A stretch of 64,000 bases of DNA, taken from Perkinsela sp. CCAP 1560/9. Its lineage: Eukaryota > Protista > Euglenozoa: Kinetoplastea. The notes beneath the pieces are model-generated. The model did no database searches. It worked only from the letters and a program-made list of their open reading frames with translations, and was not told where the DNA came from. Position 1 is the first letter of the stretch, and each line of letters begins with the position of its first letter. The stretch lies in contig CBFFSA010000001.1 of the NCBI GenBank assembly GCA_965644495.1, forward strand, positions 744,001 to 808,000. Direction: 5' to 3'. Positions 32,654-45,252 of this stretch are shown one piece after another. The position numbers and the translations under genes were made by a program.

Positions 32654-35507
32654 CATACCCCTGCCGGGTCGATGGGTAATTACCCATTAGCGGGTCTGTG
32701 CGGGTAAATTACCCGGGTCTGTGACCCAGTTACCCGCACCGACCCACACAGACCCGCATCGGCGCACTAGCCATTAAATACAAAATGATTTCCTCTCAAG
32801 TGTGCTGATTCGTAGGATTGGCACGGAATGCTCTATGTACAGAAACGGTATCTTTAGCGATGAGGAATTCCTTCCATAAGAAGAATTCCCTCTACTGATT
32901 TGCTTGTGTCGCCCATCTATTTTATTTTTTTTGGTGTGAACCCCCTAGGCCCACCGGAAGCCTACCCCCTAACACCGCAATGGTACCATTTTTTTTTTGG
33001 CCAGTCGAGTTTACCCTCGAGTCCTAGCAAACTAAGGCGAAACTATAAAGAATCACCACGTAGAAAACATTTATACGGCAGTGTATGATACTGTGATACT
33101 ATGCATAGCATTAATATTAACAATAAAATATTATGCATTAATCATTACTGCATAACAAATTCATCTTCCTCGACATCAGATACTTCAACATCGCTACCAT
33201 CCTGAGAAACACCTTCGTCCGGAAGAATATAACCCAATTTGTCGCAATTTCCACGTACGAAGATCTGGTGAGAAACGACATCAGGAGCCAGGGAAGCCTG
33301 TCTGGAACTGTACATGTACCCGATTATAGACAGCCACGAATCACATCTGTTAACTAAGGGAGGCGTCCATACGTAGTGCGTAGCCGCTTCGCAAACAGAG
33401 GGAAACATCTCACTTCCGGGACCACACCACCACTCGTACTCGTTCAGAAATACCGTCGGATCCCAACCATAATCGGAGCAGGAGACATACTTCGACCACT
33501 CGTCAGCCGAGATTTCAAAGATAGGAGTTTCAGCAGATGTTCCATCCGCATTCTTATCAAATATGTTGTTCGCTCGACCCACTGAAATGGGTTGTAATGC
33601 GCATGGACGAGCGAATTGCACGATCCACGCTGGGCGAAACCATAGAATATCGCTCCAAAATCGCATGTTATGGTTTTTCTGCAAGCGCTTTTTGTGATAA
33701 ATCAAAGATTCTTTCAGACGTTCCGGTGCAGATTCACTCTCGCTGTGCTCGAATAAAAGTTGCAGCGTTGTTCCAACGTGCGTCGCCATTGGCTTACCAG
33801 CGTTGTCCGAAAATTTACGCAAGGCGCTGTGTAGGATCTTGCATTACTGTAGAAAATCTTCGCAACTGGCACCGATCGCCCTGAAACCAAACTGATCCGG
33901 CAAACGTTTACATTTCAGTATGGAGGGTGAAGCCTTGGGCTTCTCACTTTCATTGTGAACAAATGCCGAGACAGTGTCCATGTTCTCGGCCAAGAACTGC
34001 ATGCAGGTGAATTTGTCGGTACACCATCGTGTTACACCTCCTAGCTTCGGTGTTTGAATTCCCCGAGTTTCCCGTGCCTCTTGTAAGGACTTCAGCAACT
34101 TTACTCCCTCAGAGAGTAGGAGACAATGCTTCTCTTTCCACGTTTTTTGATCTGTTGACAGTGCCTCAATTATTGGTTCCGACTCGCACGGTGAAACGTC
34201 CTTTAATTTCGACACACATTCAAGCAGGGTGTTCTGTAGCTTTTTTCGACAGAAGGTAGGAACATCTTCGCCAAGTCCATGATATGATTGTCGAAACGTT
34301 TCTTCTGCTTTTAGGACACTTCGATCGAAATGGGCGAGCGCCAAATCCAGGGCAACGCCCCAATATTTACCTTTCATGGCGCTTGCACGTCCTTCGGAGT
34401 AAGAAGCTTGACTGAAAGCTTTTTTAAAGGCGAAGCACGGGAGCTCTTCGTATGGTTTCAAGGCTGCTTGGCAAACATTGTTTAGCATATGTCCGATGCA
34501 AGATAGGAGAGTAATGCGCGGCACTCGAGAAGAAATACCTTGCAACAGCGCAGCCGTATCAGACTCACCAATGGGTGTAATCCGATTGTATATTCGCTTG
34601 AGCTCGCCTTCACAGTGGTTTCTGGCCACGTAATTTACAGCACTGCCGTCCGCAATAATGTATCTCATTTTGAGCAAACGAACTTCACCAAGGTTCGCCA
34701 GAAGAGTAGAAATCAACTGCTCAGCTGCCGTCTTTCCGTTCCAGGTACATCAGGGCGTAAATCCTCGTACTTATACACGAGCCAGACAAACCGACTAGAA
34801 GAAAGATTCGTTAGGGTCTGTAAGCATGGCAGTACTTTTCCTACGAAGCGCTGTACAATTACTCCCTGATTATTTGCACTCTCCACCTGTGCCAATCGGG
34901 AATTTTCAAGAGATCTTGAGCACTCGCGACGATGCTTGTGATACACATTTTTATAACGAGAGTGAGATTCAAAAGCGCATCCTTCCTTGGTACATATGAA
35001 ATGAAGCTTTTGGCCCAAAGGATCGGTGAGAATATCTGTGTGTGTGTGGGTGCATCCGGGAGGACAGCGCACGAGCACGAATTGCCCAGATAAGGATTCT
35101 ACTGTCATTTTGTGCCGTATAGTATCGCGATGCTTCATTTTTTTTGACTCGGGGGTATTACCATCTTCAGTATCAGATGAAGAAAATAATTCAGGCGTGC
35201 TAGGTGTCTGCTCTAATCGTCGTTGACGAGCCATGAGTACAGATAAGTTTAAGTAAGAAGAGATTCGTTAGTGCGATCAAACACAAGAGTAATATGATTA
35301 TTGACTTCTTACTTAGCCTTAAAACACTTCACCATAAGGTCCGAAACAAAGATGCACGTTTATTTCCCGATGACAAGATACAACAAACAGATGTATACAT
35401 GTATATGTAGCTTTCTAAGACGACCTGTCAATGCGGGTCGGTGCGGGTCGGTGCGGGTAACTGGGTCGCAGACCCGGGTAGTTACCCATTTACCCGGCAG
35501 GGGTATG
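32654..35507 (-). mobile_element. hAT-like transposon with 6-bp TSD, copy 1 (2854 bp), nested in Merlin
   Basis: TIR CATACCCCTGCCGGGT; TSD AGTAAT at 32648-53 and 35508-13; ACCCG subterminal motifs; transposase pieces 34713-35234, 33844-34716, 33145-33822 with IADGS, CIGH, TRW. Confidence 0.9.
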
Positions 35508-35610
35508 AGTAATGTGTATAATATAAAGAGTAGTTAGGAACGGTATTTAGTCGGCGCCTGTACCATCAGTTCAATAAACTTATTTGTATCTTTTACGCTT
35601 TCACCATCTA

Positions 35611-36396
35611 CAGTCCAGGTATTGGTTTCCCCCCCCCCAGGCTCCTGAGCACACCGTAATAGCTTTTGACCTAATTCCTTCGGCATTCAACGGATCTCGA
35701 AAAAGTAGAGCGTTTCCCGCCGTTTGTTTGCCCATCACCCCCCCTGGGTTCTGGGTGGGCGTGATCAAAGATGGCAAATTTCAAAAATAAAAATATTTTT
35801 GAAGGGGGATAAAAAATGACAAAAAAGGTGTATGAATTCCTATATTAATACCCACAATGGTCTCCTTGAACGCTCTGCACTATTCGCAAGCGTTTAGGTA
35901 CTGAATTTATGCAATTTAAAACTTGGCATCGATAAGGATGACGCTCAAGCATCATGAAGGCTTTCTTTATTGCCTTCCGGAGCTGTGTTTCAGTCTCTGG
36001 CTTCAGAATTTCTTTTCTATATTGGCGGGAAATTTCAAGGCGCTCTGGGAGTGCACATCGCGAAATTTTATGGGTAGTAGGGGGTGTCTTGTTTTTCGGC
36101 GGGTTGGAGTACTGACTTTTAGTAGATTTAACGGGGGTATCCCTCAAATTCATAGAATAAGAAACCATATTTGATAAAAAACTCCTAATTTTTTGAAATA
36201 TTGGATTTTTTTTTTGTTAAAATTATGCTATGTTTTCGTGTGTTTTCAAAATATTTTTGACCCAGGGGGGGTGATGGGCAAAAAAACGACGGGAAACGCT
36301 CTACTTTTTCGAGATCTGTTGAATGCCGAAGGAATTAGGTCAAAAGCTCTTACGGTGTGCTCAGGAGCCTGGGGGGGGAAACCAGTACCTGGACTG
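35611..36396 (-). mobile_element. Internally deleted Tc1 element (786 bp), nested in Merlin
   Basis: ~137-bp TIRs starting CAGTCCAGGTA, TA on both flanks; residual ORF ends SVPKRLRIV..VQGDHCGY like the Tc1 C-terminus. Confidence 0.92.
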
Positions 36397-36577
36397 TATG
36401 CCTTCATCCTTCCTATCTATCACAAACTTTTAAAGAGAAGTGTCTAACAAACGTTCAATTAGAGTAATCATTTCACTTTCTTACCCGCTTGAGAATTCAT
36501 TGTCGTCAACCTCCATGCTGTGGGCGCTGCGTTGCCCAACAATAAGCTCAGAATCTGGTTCTTCATCGCTTGACATT

Positions 36578-37198
36578 TCAACTTCTGTCAAATCCAAATC
36601 TTTCGCTTCCTTCAGGGCTATCAGGAGTGCTTGATCCATCATCAGGAGTGCTTCCATCTCTGCTGATTCCTGTCACTGTTGCCATCCAGAAAGGCTTTTG
36701 TCGCCTCCTTCTTCCATAATTATATTTTCGTGTGAAAATGTACGTTTCATCAACAGCACACTTCAGAAAAGTAGTTTTTTCGTTTCGATCCTTTACATAC
36801 ATACATATGTAGTTAGCCACCACCTGCAAAATCTCCTTTTTCCACTTGACCACTGTGTTTTTGTTGATACTGCATTGGGAGGCAATGACCTGGTTTTCGA
36901 TTCGCTGGCAAAATTTTATTAGAAAGAGGAACTTAGAGGATGCGTTCTTTTGTTTTACTGAAAAATACGGCCATAATTTTGAAAGCCTCTTTCGGCAACT
37001 TCCCTTTCCCACTCGACTCCAGCATACGCTTAGAAGAGAATTTGTCTTGTGAGGTGTACCGGTCTTTTCGTGTAGAGGGCGTACTTCGTCTTTCACGATT
37101 CCGTGGGTCCTCAAGAAAGTGGCGAAATCCTTAGGAATGTGGCTGTCGTTGCGCCATGTGAGGACGCAACTGAGGTCGCAGCATGAACAATTTGACAT
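36578..37198 (-). pseudogene. Merlin transposase N-terminal part
   Basis: HTH (IASQCSINKNTVVKW) then AVDETYIFTRKYNYGR.....W, the ISXO2/Merlin first-Asp motif; the rest is deleted. Confidence 0.85.
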
Positions 37199-37371
37199 TT
37201 ATGTAAGTAAAGCAGCGCTTAGTATTCTAAAGTGGTACAAATAAGCCCGCGTAACGGTAGAATACATCAAACACAATTGATATGCAAAATGTGGAAAATT
37301 GGTTTTTTTGACTACAATATAACTAGTCTTTAACCCAATGTTGGGGTTTAGCGCTCCCCGCCTTCCACACT

Positions 37372-38310
37372 TCATAAACCCCCCACAACGAATAAGTCAC
37401 CCCCCTCTTTTTTTTGTACAACGAGGCTTAGGGGGGTTGCGGCACCACTTTTTCGTTCAAAATTTCGAGATCTGCACGTTCCCGCTGTTTTTAGACCTCT
37501 TCACAGATAACAAATTTAAACTAATTTTTTTAATGACGTTTTTACATAATCATGCCAATATTACCTGAAAAATCTCATGCTCCTCGAGCAGGAGGGGGAG
37601 GAGGGGGTCAACATGAAAATAGTGCCACAGATCTTCGCTAGGGGAACGAGATCTCTCAATTGCGACAAAAATGATCAAAAACAGATAACAAACATTCAAT
37701 TTGTCACGTGGTGGAATATTTGTCTTTGGTTGGTGCTTTCTTGAAACGGTGATAAATCAACTTTTTTAAGCTGTCCCCTTTACTTTTTGCTTGAAGGGTC
37801 CTAAGGGGGTTAAGATATCATTTTCTCGTACAAAATTCTGAGATCTACACGTTCCCACCATTTTTAGATCATTTTAGAAACCGAAAAAGAAAATTGTTTT
37901 TAGGTTTTATTTTTTTTGCATTGTCATACCACACTAATTTGAGCAAACAAACATTCCGCGGCCAGGGGGCACAAGTGGGCCAATATTAAAAAATAACGGC
38001 AAAGATCTTTGCTAGGAGAACGAGATCTCTCGTTTGCAACAAAAATCAGCAAAAACGGACAAAAATAATTGAATTTCTCATGGGAGGAGAAGATTTAATT
38101 TGTTAAAGTGTGAGAAATTGGTCTCTTGAAAAATGTGAAGAAAGTGATAATCCATCTATCGGATGCACGCATTTGAGAGTTTTGGTTCCATGCTGTAACG
38201 CGCAAATTCTTTATGTTGGGAAAAGCAAAATGCAACAAAAATGAGCTCAAACGGACACTTGGCTGAAAAGTTAGAGGGGGGTGACTTTTCGCTGTGGGGG
38301 TTTATTTTTA
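37372..38310. mobile_element. Non-autonomous Tc1 family B-like element with an internal duplication
   Basis: Ends ATAAACCCCCCACAACGAATAAGTCACCCCC and GGGGGTGACTTTTCGCTGTGGGGGTTTAT; 37460-37720 resembles 37830-38090. Confidence 0.7.
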
Positions 38311-38925
38311 CTAGTCATATCTAAGTTTTTCTGTGGTTTTGCTTAGTGTCTTGTAAATCTTCTATAGGTATTCCAATTTCCGCGCGCTTCTTCCTTCAAG
38401 TGGCACAGTGTATGTTTGAAAGCAAAATGCTTACGTATCTTTTTTCGTATACAACACATTATTTACATAGCATATCTCCTTTATCACAGCCATCACATAA
38501 TTTTTAACTTTGATTTTGATGCCTCACTTGGACAGCGTGCAACTCCAACGAAAAGAACACATCGGCGAATACTTTCGACGCGGTTGTATCATGCTAAAAA
38601 CAACTTTTGGCACAAAGGTCACTCGAACTTCTTCTAGTACGCTACTTATCCTAGTATGCTACTTATCCTAGTACGTTACTTATCCTCAAACCGTCCATTT
38701 CGGAGACGGAATGCGGGATATCTAGGGGGGGTAACGGTATACAAATTATTTGCGGAGGTACCGGTTGACGTCACCACAATCCCCTACATTTCCCAACGAT
38801 GGTGAAACCATCAGCATTCTCAATACTTTCGGAATGCCGCTTTCGACCACTTTGATGAAAAAAGGTATGCAAATTTGAAAATGTTTTCATAAATTATACA
38901 ACGAAGCATGTTTCTTTATACTAAT

Positions 38926-39850
38926 GGTTATAAACCCCGCCCAACGAAAAGTCACCCCCTACTTTTTTTTCGGCCGAGTGGCCGTTTGAGCTCATTTTTG
39001 TTGCATTTTGCAGATCTCACCATAGGAACTTTGCGCACCTAAGAGTGGGCTGAAACAAAGAACAACTAGCGTTTCTAGATTACAATTATCATTTTGTCAC
39101 TTTTTCGCCTTTGAGTTCTATACACTTCTTAAGGCGAGCATCAAAACTCAAAACAGTTTTATCGATCACCTTTTTTGGCAAACGAGACCACGCTTTGCGT
39201 ATACATCGGATAAGTGAAGGTTTATCCGATGGAGTCTTTTCGTCCACCGTATCCTGGACCATCGACCAAACGTTTTCCATGGGGGAAAGGTCAGGTGAAT
39301 TGGGGGGCCAATTTTTAAGTACATCACTCATTCTACCCGTAATGTACTCCATAGAGGCTGTAGCCTCATCTTGTTGAAAGGTACAATTCTGTGGAAATTG
39401 TACTTTCTTCAACGTCTTTACATAAGATATGCTCGTGATGGACGAGTCCTTATCGAGAACAACTAGGTGTCTCCAACCTACACCTATAGCCCCCCAAACT
39501 TGACATTTCGGCGCCCATCGTACTTTTTGACGTGGGGCCGCTGTTTGACCGGGTGCTACCCACATATTTATGCTTTTTTGAGACTCCCTGCCCGTTTCTC
39601 ATCGTCAAAAGAACCTTCCCGCTATTCGTAAGCCCCCCTTTTGGCAGTCGGTATGCGGATTTAGGCATTTTTTCGAAAAAAAAAACAATTACATTTTTTA
39701 ATTAATTTTTTACATTTTGAAATGAGCTAGAAATAGTGGGAACGTGCAGATCTCGAAATTCTGAACGATAAAGTGGTGCATGAGCCCCCATAGGCCCTCA
39801 CGTGTAAAAAAAGTGGGGGATGACTTATTCGTTGGGCGGGGTTTATAACT
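38926..39850 (-). mobile_element. Tc1 family B deletion derivative
   Basis: TIR GTTATAAACCCCGCCCAACGAA at both ends; VWGAIG, FQQD, WPPNSPDLSPMENVW in ORF 39089..39565; N-terminus MPKSAYRLPKGGLT. Confidence 0.9.
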
Positions 39851-40186
39851 ACCGCTCTACCCTCGATTATTGAAAAAAGTGAACAATGAGGAACACAGTA
39901 ATAAACCCCCCGTCACGATAAGTGACCATAGGCTAACTTATGGTATATAAAGCCGTTTTAGCTAATTCTTGTTGCAATTTGCAGGTCTCAGGCCCTAATA
40001 TCTTGGGGTCACACACTTGGTACAAATTCTGAACACCTACACCTAGGGGGGGTCGCCTACCATTTTTTCGCCTTTTCGCCATTTTTCTCAATAGAAGCTT
40101 TCAGCCGCTTATTGAAGCTAAGAACCATACTATGATCCATAACCCCAGTGGGAATCTTGCTCCATGCATTCTTTACGCAATGGATA

Positions 40187-40555
40187 CAGGGGGGAAATTA
40201 AGTTATGTCAACAAAAGTCGTGTTAATTTCTGGGATTAACACGTGCCCCCGTTGTAGCCGCGTGCCCCCCCTCTCTTACAGAGCTGGACAGGTCAAGTTA
40301 ACCCATCGTATGCTCCTCGTTGAACACTATTATCGCGTGGGATCGATCCGAGCCACTGCACGCCACTGCAATGTGACTAGCTGTACAGTTTGTCGTTGGA
40401 TTCAACGTCACGAGGAAACGGGTGATGTTTCAAGGACCCCAACTAGTCGCTCCAACCCTGTGATCACCCCTGCCTTTACGATGGACAGTATCGCCGTAAT
40501 GGATCACCTAAACGCAACACTTCCCCTACGTTGCCCTTTGTTTTCGTGCACTGTA
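40187..40555 (+). pseudogene. Tc1 family A-related 5' remnant
   Basis: TA-CAGGGGG start; HRMLLVEHY..VGS.RATARH......V.RW..R..ETGDV...VITPAF is homologous to the N-terminus of ORF 11865. Confidence 0.8.
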
Positions 40556-40868
40556 TGTGGTACAGGTGTCTTTCTAGATAAAAAATGAAGAACTTGAGGT
40601 TTATAATTATAAAAGTGAGACTCAGAATTATAATCTCATTAAATTTCTATAAACAATCCCTTTAACGATTTTTGCAGGTTTGTAATGATTAATGAGAGGG
40701 GGACTATAAGCTTCCCTGCTTGCGTCAAACCCCCTTTAGGTAGGGAGAGTTTTATCCTCATAAAAAAGCGTTTTTCAAAAAATCGTTATTTTTAATTTTT
40801 TGAAAAATCTAGTTTCTCTAAGACAGAAAATAATAGCGGAAAGTGCAGAACGAGAAATTCTACACGAA

Positions 40869-43102
40869 AATGAGGGAGTTGCTATGCCCTGTCCATGGCA
40901 TCATGTTCAGGGGAACAGCAGCTCCCCATTGTCTCGGCGTAGTAAACACGCCTTGGCTTGCCTGGCACTACGATTGCCGAAAAAAATATATTTTCGGTTC
41001 ATTTCGCAGCCCAGTCGCTTCCCACTTAAGGGGCCCGCTCCCACAACCGAGTGATCTTCCCGGCAGCACGGTTTTACTCATGCGTCGAGAAGGCTGGGGT
41101 GTGAGACCAGGGCGCATTTGTAGAAAATTTTCGGAAGAAGAAATACGAAGGAGATTTTACTGTATAATGGAGTAGAAAACTTTGAGTGCAATAGAACAAA
41201 GGGTTGGCGTAAACTTTTGGTTAACGTTTTTTTTGGGGGGGATTTACTTTCTTTGCCATTCCTCATGCTCTCCACTCATAAATTTTACTAATTACTCTAG
41301 ATTCGTGTATTTGTTTCCTCCAGTTACGCTTTCTATAATTCTTACATAGGGTCTACATGTACATGGCCAGCTCTTGGAGCTGAGCTCAGGAGTCCTTCTT
41401 TTATGTCATAATTATGCTCTTCTCAAGTCAACCCGTCCGCTGGGTTTTCTTTAGATTTAATATAGAAGCTTTGAAAAGAATGTCCATGTTTTCCTATCTG
41501 TTCATACATTTTCCGTGATCTCATTACATATCGATCTCCTAACTGATGTACGCCCCGATTCTGATGGTATTTCAATCTGGTGAAACCAGTGTCGCATATC
41601 AGCGGATAAAAAGTTTACGTTGGGGAAATTCGCTATTACATGGATAATTTCAGCGATAGCTGGAAAATTCAAGCAAGGAGGGCGATTGCACATCTCATTT
41701 AGTGGTGTTCCATCCGCAATACTTCTTGACAATTCCTCCCCTTTTGGTTCCTCAAAGTAACGTAAATATACGTAAGTATACGTGATGATGATCGAGAGTC
41801 GTGTGCCACACGTAGCACCCCGCATTCCACGAGTCCTAATAAATGTTGTAACCAAACCCCGGAGGATAGTTTTCCTATTTTCCCGTGAAAAGGGGGACAA
41901 TTTATCCATTCAATAAAATTTTGGGTACTTTTCCATGCCGTGCAACTTTTGATACCCCATGGTAAACCATGTTTTAGGTGTGTTGATGTAAAGAAACCAA
42001 GTTGTTCCTTCAGTATTTATGATGAATCTTCGCAAACAAAGAATTCGGGTATAAACACATCAAGCAAAGCAACCGTTTGCTTTTTTTTCTAGTTTTCTTT
42101 TTCTCTCTCCGCCGAATAAGCACCAGCGCGTTCACTATCGTCGGTCTGAATTTCCGAATCAATATTCTCACTAGGCGAGATATCCTGAAAAGCCTATTTC
42201 CAGCGTCAACCCGAGACGTCCGGGGTGTTGCCTCGATATATCCGTATGGGAGGATCTATAACGTACCGAACAATACTCCCCCTCCTTTTTTTCTCCCCCG
42301 AACACTCCATATTTTTCAACTTCTTCTTAGGGGTGGACTCCCGCTACCATGCCTCAAGTGAGGATTAAGGAACTAAGTATTTTTTTTTCGGCAATCGTAG
42401 TACCAGGCAAGCCAAGGCGTGTTTACTACGCCGAGATAATGGACACTATGCAGTTGTCCACTGCGATCCAGTGCCATGCGCTGCCATCCAGTGCCATCCA
42501 GTGCCATCCAAAACAGAGATATGAGCGAGGACCGAAGACCTTTTTTTTGATTTGGAGGACCGAAGAACTTTCCATTTCCGCCGGATGTTGTAGGACAAGT
42601 GATGGCCATGATATGAAAAAGCGGCTAATGTCGGATTCAATTGTACTGATTTTTCAAAAACACGTCTTTTCTTTTCCTTTTGCAAAATAAGATATTTTCT
42701 CGGTCTCTTCTTCTGCGTGCTCTGAGTTGAATTTTAAAGTGAAAGCATGATAGGGACACACCAAAAACTTTTGAAGATTTTTTGCGTTCGGACCGAAGAG
42801 AAATGTCCACACGATCACGAGGGTTGGAAAGTTCGTCACTCTGTTTCCAGTATTTGTTGGAGGCGATGTAAGCACGTAAGTTTCAGAAAAAGATTGCCTC
42901 GATTACTTCCTTACTTTTATTCAGATGTGCGCAAACCGTCCCACAAATTTTAGTTTTGGGTACTTGTAGTACACAAGTACATAAAAATTAGTCATCCAGT
43001 GCCATCCGCTGCCATCCAGTGCCATCCAAATTTTCATAGTCATGTGGAGCTGCTGTTCCCCTGAACATGATGCCATGGACAAGGCATAGCAACTCCCTCA
43101 TT
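40869..43102 (-). mobile_element. DIRS/TATE-like retroelement deletion derivative with ~120-bp inverted terminal repeats
   Basis: 40869-40988 is the inverse of 42378-42442 joined to 43046-43102. RT motifs YFEEPK...SRSIADG..LN...SADMRHWFHQIEI are fused by deletion to the RNase H end YIKSKENPADGLT (41425-41500). Confidence 0.8.
42443..43045. mobile_element. 603-bp unclassified insertion splitting the right ITR, no TSD
   Basis: Host GG|GG junction is restored on removal; (CAGTGCCATC)n direct arrays lie near both ends. Confidence 0.65.
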
Positions 43103-43159
43103 ATCACTCCTTCGTAAGCACCATGTTACCGGGACCAAGCCCTGGGTGCCAGGGGTGGA

Positions 43160-43213
43160 AGTCAAGGACTTTTGCATAAGCAAAGGACTATTGCATAAGT
43201 AAAGGACTATTGC
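43160..43213. repeat. 19-bp subterminal repeats AAGT(C/A)AAGGACT(T/A)TTGCAT of the outer hAT element (also 54785-54810, 55066-55117, inverted at ~55693-55712)
   Basis: Same unit brackets the reconstructed hAT transposase; exact TIR and TSD not resolved. Confidence 0.6.
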
Positions 43214-43253
43214 CATAGTAGCAAAATTCTTAATAATTCTTTTCTTTAATAAC

Positions 43254-44213
43254 TTTTTTAGGCTCTTCGTTAAACGCGGTGGTTGTTCTCAACTTAGAAG
43301 TCACTCATGCTGCGCGCTTCGCGTTGAAAACTACCGCCGCGTTTAACGAAGAGCCTAAAAAAGAAAATTTAGCCTGGAAAACGGAAAGATTATAGCCAAA
43401 AATAGCCGAATTTCGGGTAAAAATGGGGTGATTTTCGCGTATTTTTGCTGTCAGAGCACTAAATCCGACATTTGCGCGTGGGAAATCACTAGTAGGCATG
43501 AATGGAAGCCTACTGAACGTATTGGGTAGAGAATGCGACTCCAACCATACCATTCTTTCGACACAAAAATGCCCCTTTAGGTCCGAAAAATACTTTTTCA
43601 CCTTTTTTAGTCAAAAATGGGTCATTTTGAGGGGCGGACCACGGTTCGAAGAAGGGATACCTTGCGAAAGCAACTGCAGAGAAAGCTAGTGTAGGTCCCA
43701 AACTATCAAAATACAATAGGGGAAACGATTTTGGAAAAATATTTTTTTTGCCATTTTTTTCGCCAAGTTGAAATTTTTTTCAAATTTTTTTTTCCGAAAG
43801 AATCCGAACTCGGCCGACCCGTCCTGCGGATACGCGGGGGGGTCACCCCCGGGTAGGGGGGTGGAAAATGCGCGCCAAGACCCCGGCTACCCTTTCTGCG
43901 TTTTTTTTCGAAAACTAATTTTTTCGAAAAAAATTGCTCAACCATGACCCCCTCCCCTGGACCCCCCCCCCCCTGGACCCCCCTGGACCCCCCCCTGGAC
44001 CCCCCCTGGACCCCCCCCTGGACCCCCCCCTGGACCCCCCCCCTGGACCCCCCATTTTTTTCTATTTTTTTTTTCAGTTTTGGACCACCGGAGCCTCCTT
44101 TTATATTTTTTTCTTCTATTATATTACTGTGTTCCTCTTTATATTTTCACTGTTTTTGCTCACTTTTTTTTCAATAATCGAGGGTAGAGCGGTAGTTTTA
44201 CAACCACCGCAAT
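43254..44213 (+). mobile_element. Dispersed repeat copy 2 (Helitron2/Helentron-like) with internal (CCCCCTGGAC)n and tandemly duplicated 3' end
   Basis: 5' T-run and hairpin; 11-bp asymmetric IR GCGGTGGTTGT (43276-86) / ACAACCACCGC (44200-10); 3' hairpin; the 3' ~100 bp is repeated at 44213-27 plus 46774-46870. Confidence 0.65.
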
Positions 44214-44514
44214 TTTTTTCTTCTATTGAGGGGCTGCGGGTGTGCATCACCGAACCCGCACCGAACCCGCGCTTTGCATTTGAGGTCGAACGAGGTCTAT
44301 TTTAGACCCAAAAAATGGATTGTACACTAACAAAGTAGCTTAAAGTGTAGTTTTTTTAGTTTGTTACCGTACATAGCCGCCTTACTGTGAAAATACGGTG
44401 TACGCTGTATACGGTGCTGTATACGAACGGTGTATGCATTACACAAATCAAATGTACAATTAATATACCCTCCACAATAGATGCATAATTCTTTTACATT
44501 AACCTCCTTTTTAT

Positions 44515-45180
44515 ATGATGAGCCCTGTTGAGAGCAACGAAGATTTCACTTCACGTATGAAGGTAACATCTGCGAGGGATGATGACGTATACGACGTCAT
44601 TGTCGCATCGCTTATGCGCACCTTCACGAAGCGCAAAACTCCTTTCGCCCCTCCAGCACTCGTTGTCACTGAGGAGGAGTTGGGAGCCAAGGTGGAAGAA
44701 TGCATGAGGCGCGTATCGCGCACGATGGACAGCTACTTACATGCCACACGCTCTGTGTGTGGCGTGGAGGTTAGCTCCCAAGTGCTGCAGCGTGTCATCT
44801 TCCACCTTGTGGAGCGCCGAGGACACCTTCTCTTGGATTGTCTGCCACGAGGGGTCTACTTCCTTGCAGAGGCGACGCGTGATCTGGAAGCTTTCTTGGA
44901 ACAGAACCCTCTCTACGCCCCTCCTCATGAAGGAGCTGTGCGAGAGTTCGTGGAGAACGTGTGGCGTTCTGTTTCAGGAAAGCGTTCCAGATCATGCACT
45001 CTGTGGCGCAAACGGAAGAGTGGCCAGGGTAAAGAAAACGTAGCAGAGGAATCCCTTTCTTCTACGGTGATCTCTTCACCCAACTTGCGCACTCAACCTT
45101 CCTCGCTCCCTCAACCTTCGCTTGGGGAAGCCTCTTTGAAGCCACGTTCCTCTCGCGTGATGCGCTTTCCTTCCCTTTAG
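44515..45180 (+). CDS. Accessory protein of the Harbinger-like element, 221 aa, unknown fold
   Basis: Intact ATG ORF inside the TIRs; a diverged relic exists at 17396-17700. Confidence 0.7.
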   Translation: MMSPVESNEDFTSRMKVTSARDDDVYDVIVASLMRTFTKRKTPFAPPALVVTEEELGAKVEECMRRVSRTMDSYLHATRSVCGVEVSSQVLQRVIFHLVERRGHLLLDCLPRGVYFLAEATRDLEAFLEQNPLYAPPHEGAVREFVENVWRSVSGKRSRSCTLWRKRKSGQGKENVAEESLSSTVISSPNLRTQPSSLPQPSLGEASLKPRSSRVMRFPSL

Positions 45181-45252
45181 TTTTCCCTCGCAGAAGCGAA
45201 CGTTTCCCGCACAAATCGTACGTAAGAGAAAAAGAGCTGTAATTCAAGAGAA

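Larger units (their letters stand above)
32570..37335 (-). mobile_element. Merlin (IS1016/ISXO2-like) DNA transposon carrying two nested insertions
   Basis: ~32-bp TIRs GG(ATGC/TTAA)AGACTA(A/G)TTATATTGTAGTCAAAAAA; perfect 8-bp TSD CAATGTTG at 32562-69 and 37336-43; transposase fragment at 36578-37198. Confidence 0.88.
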
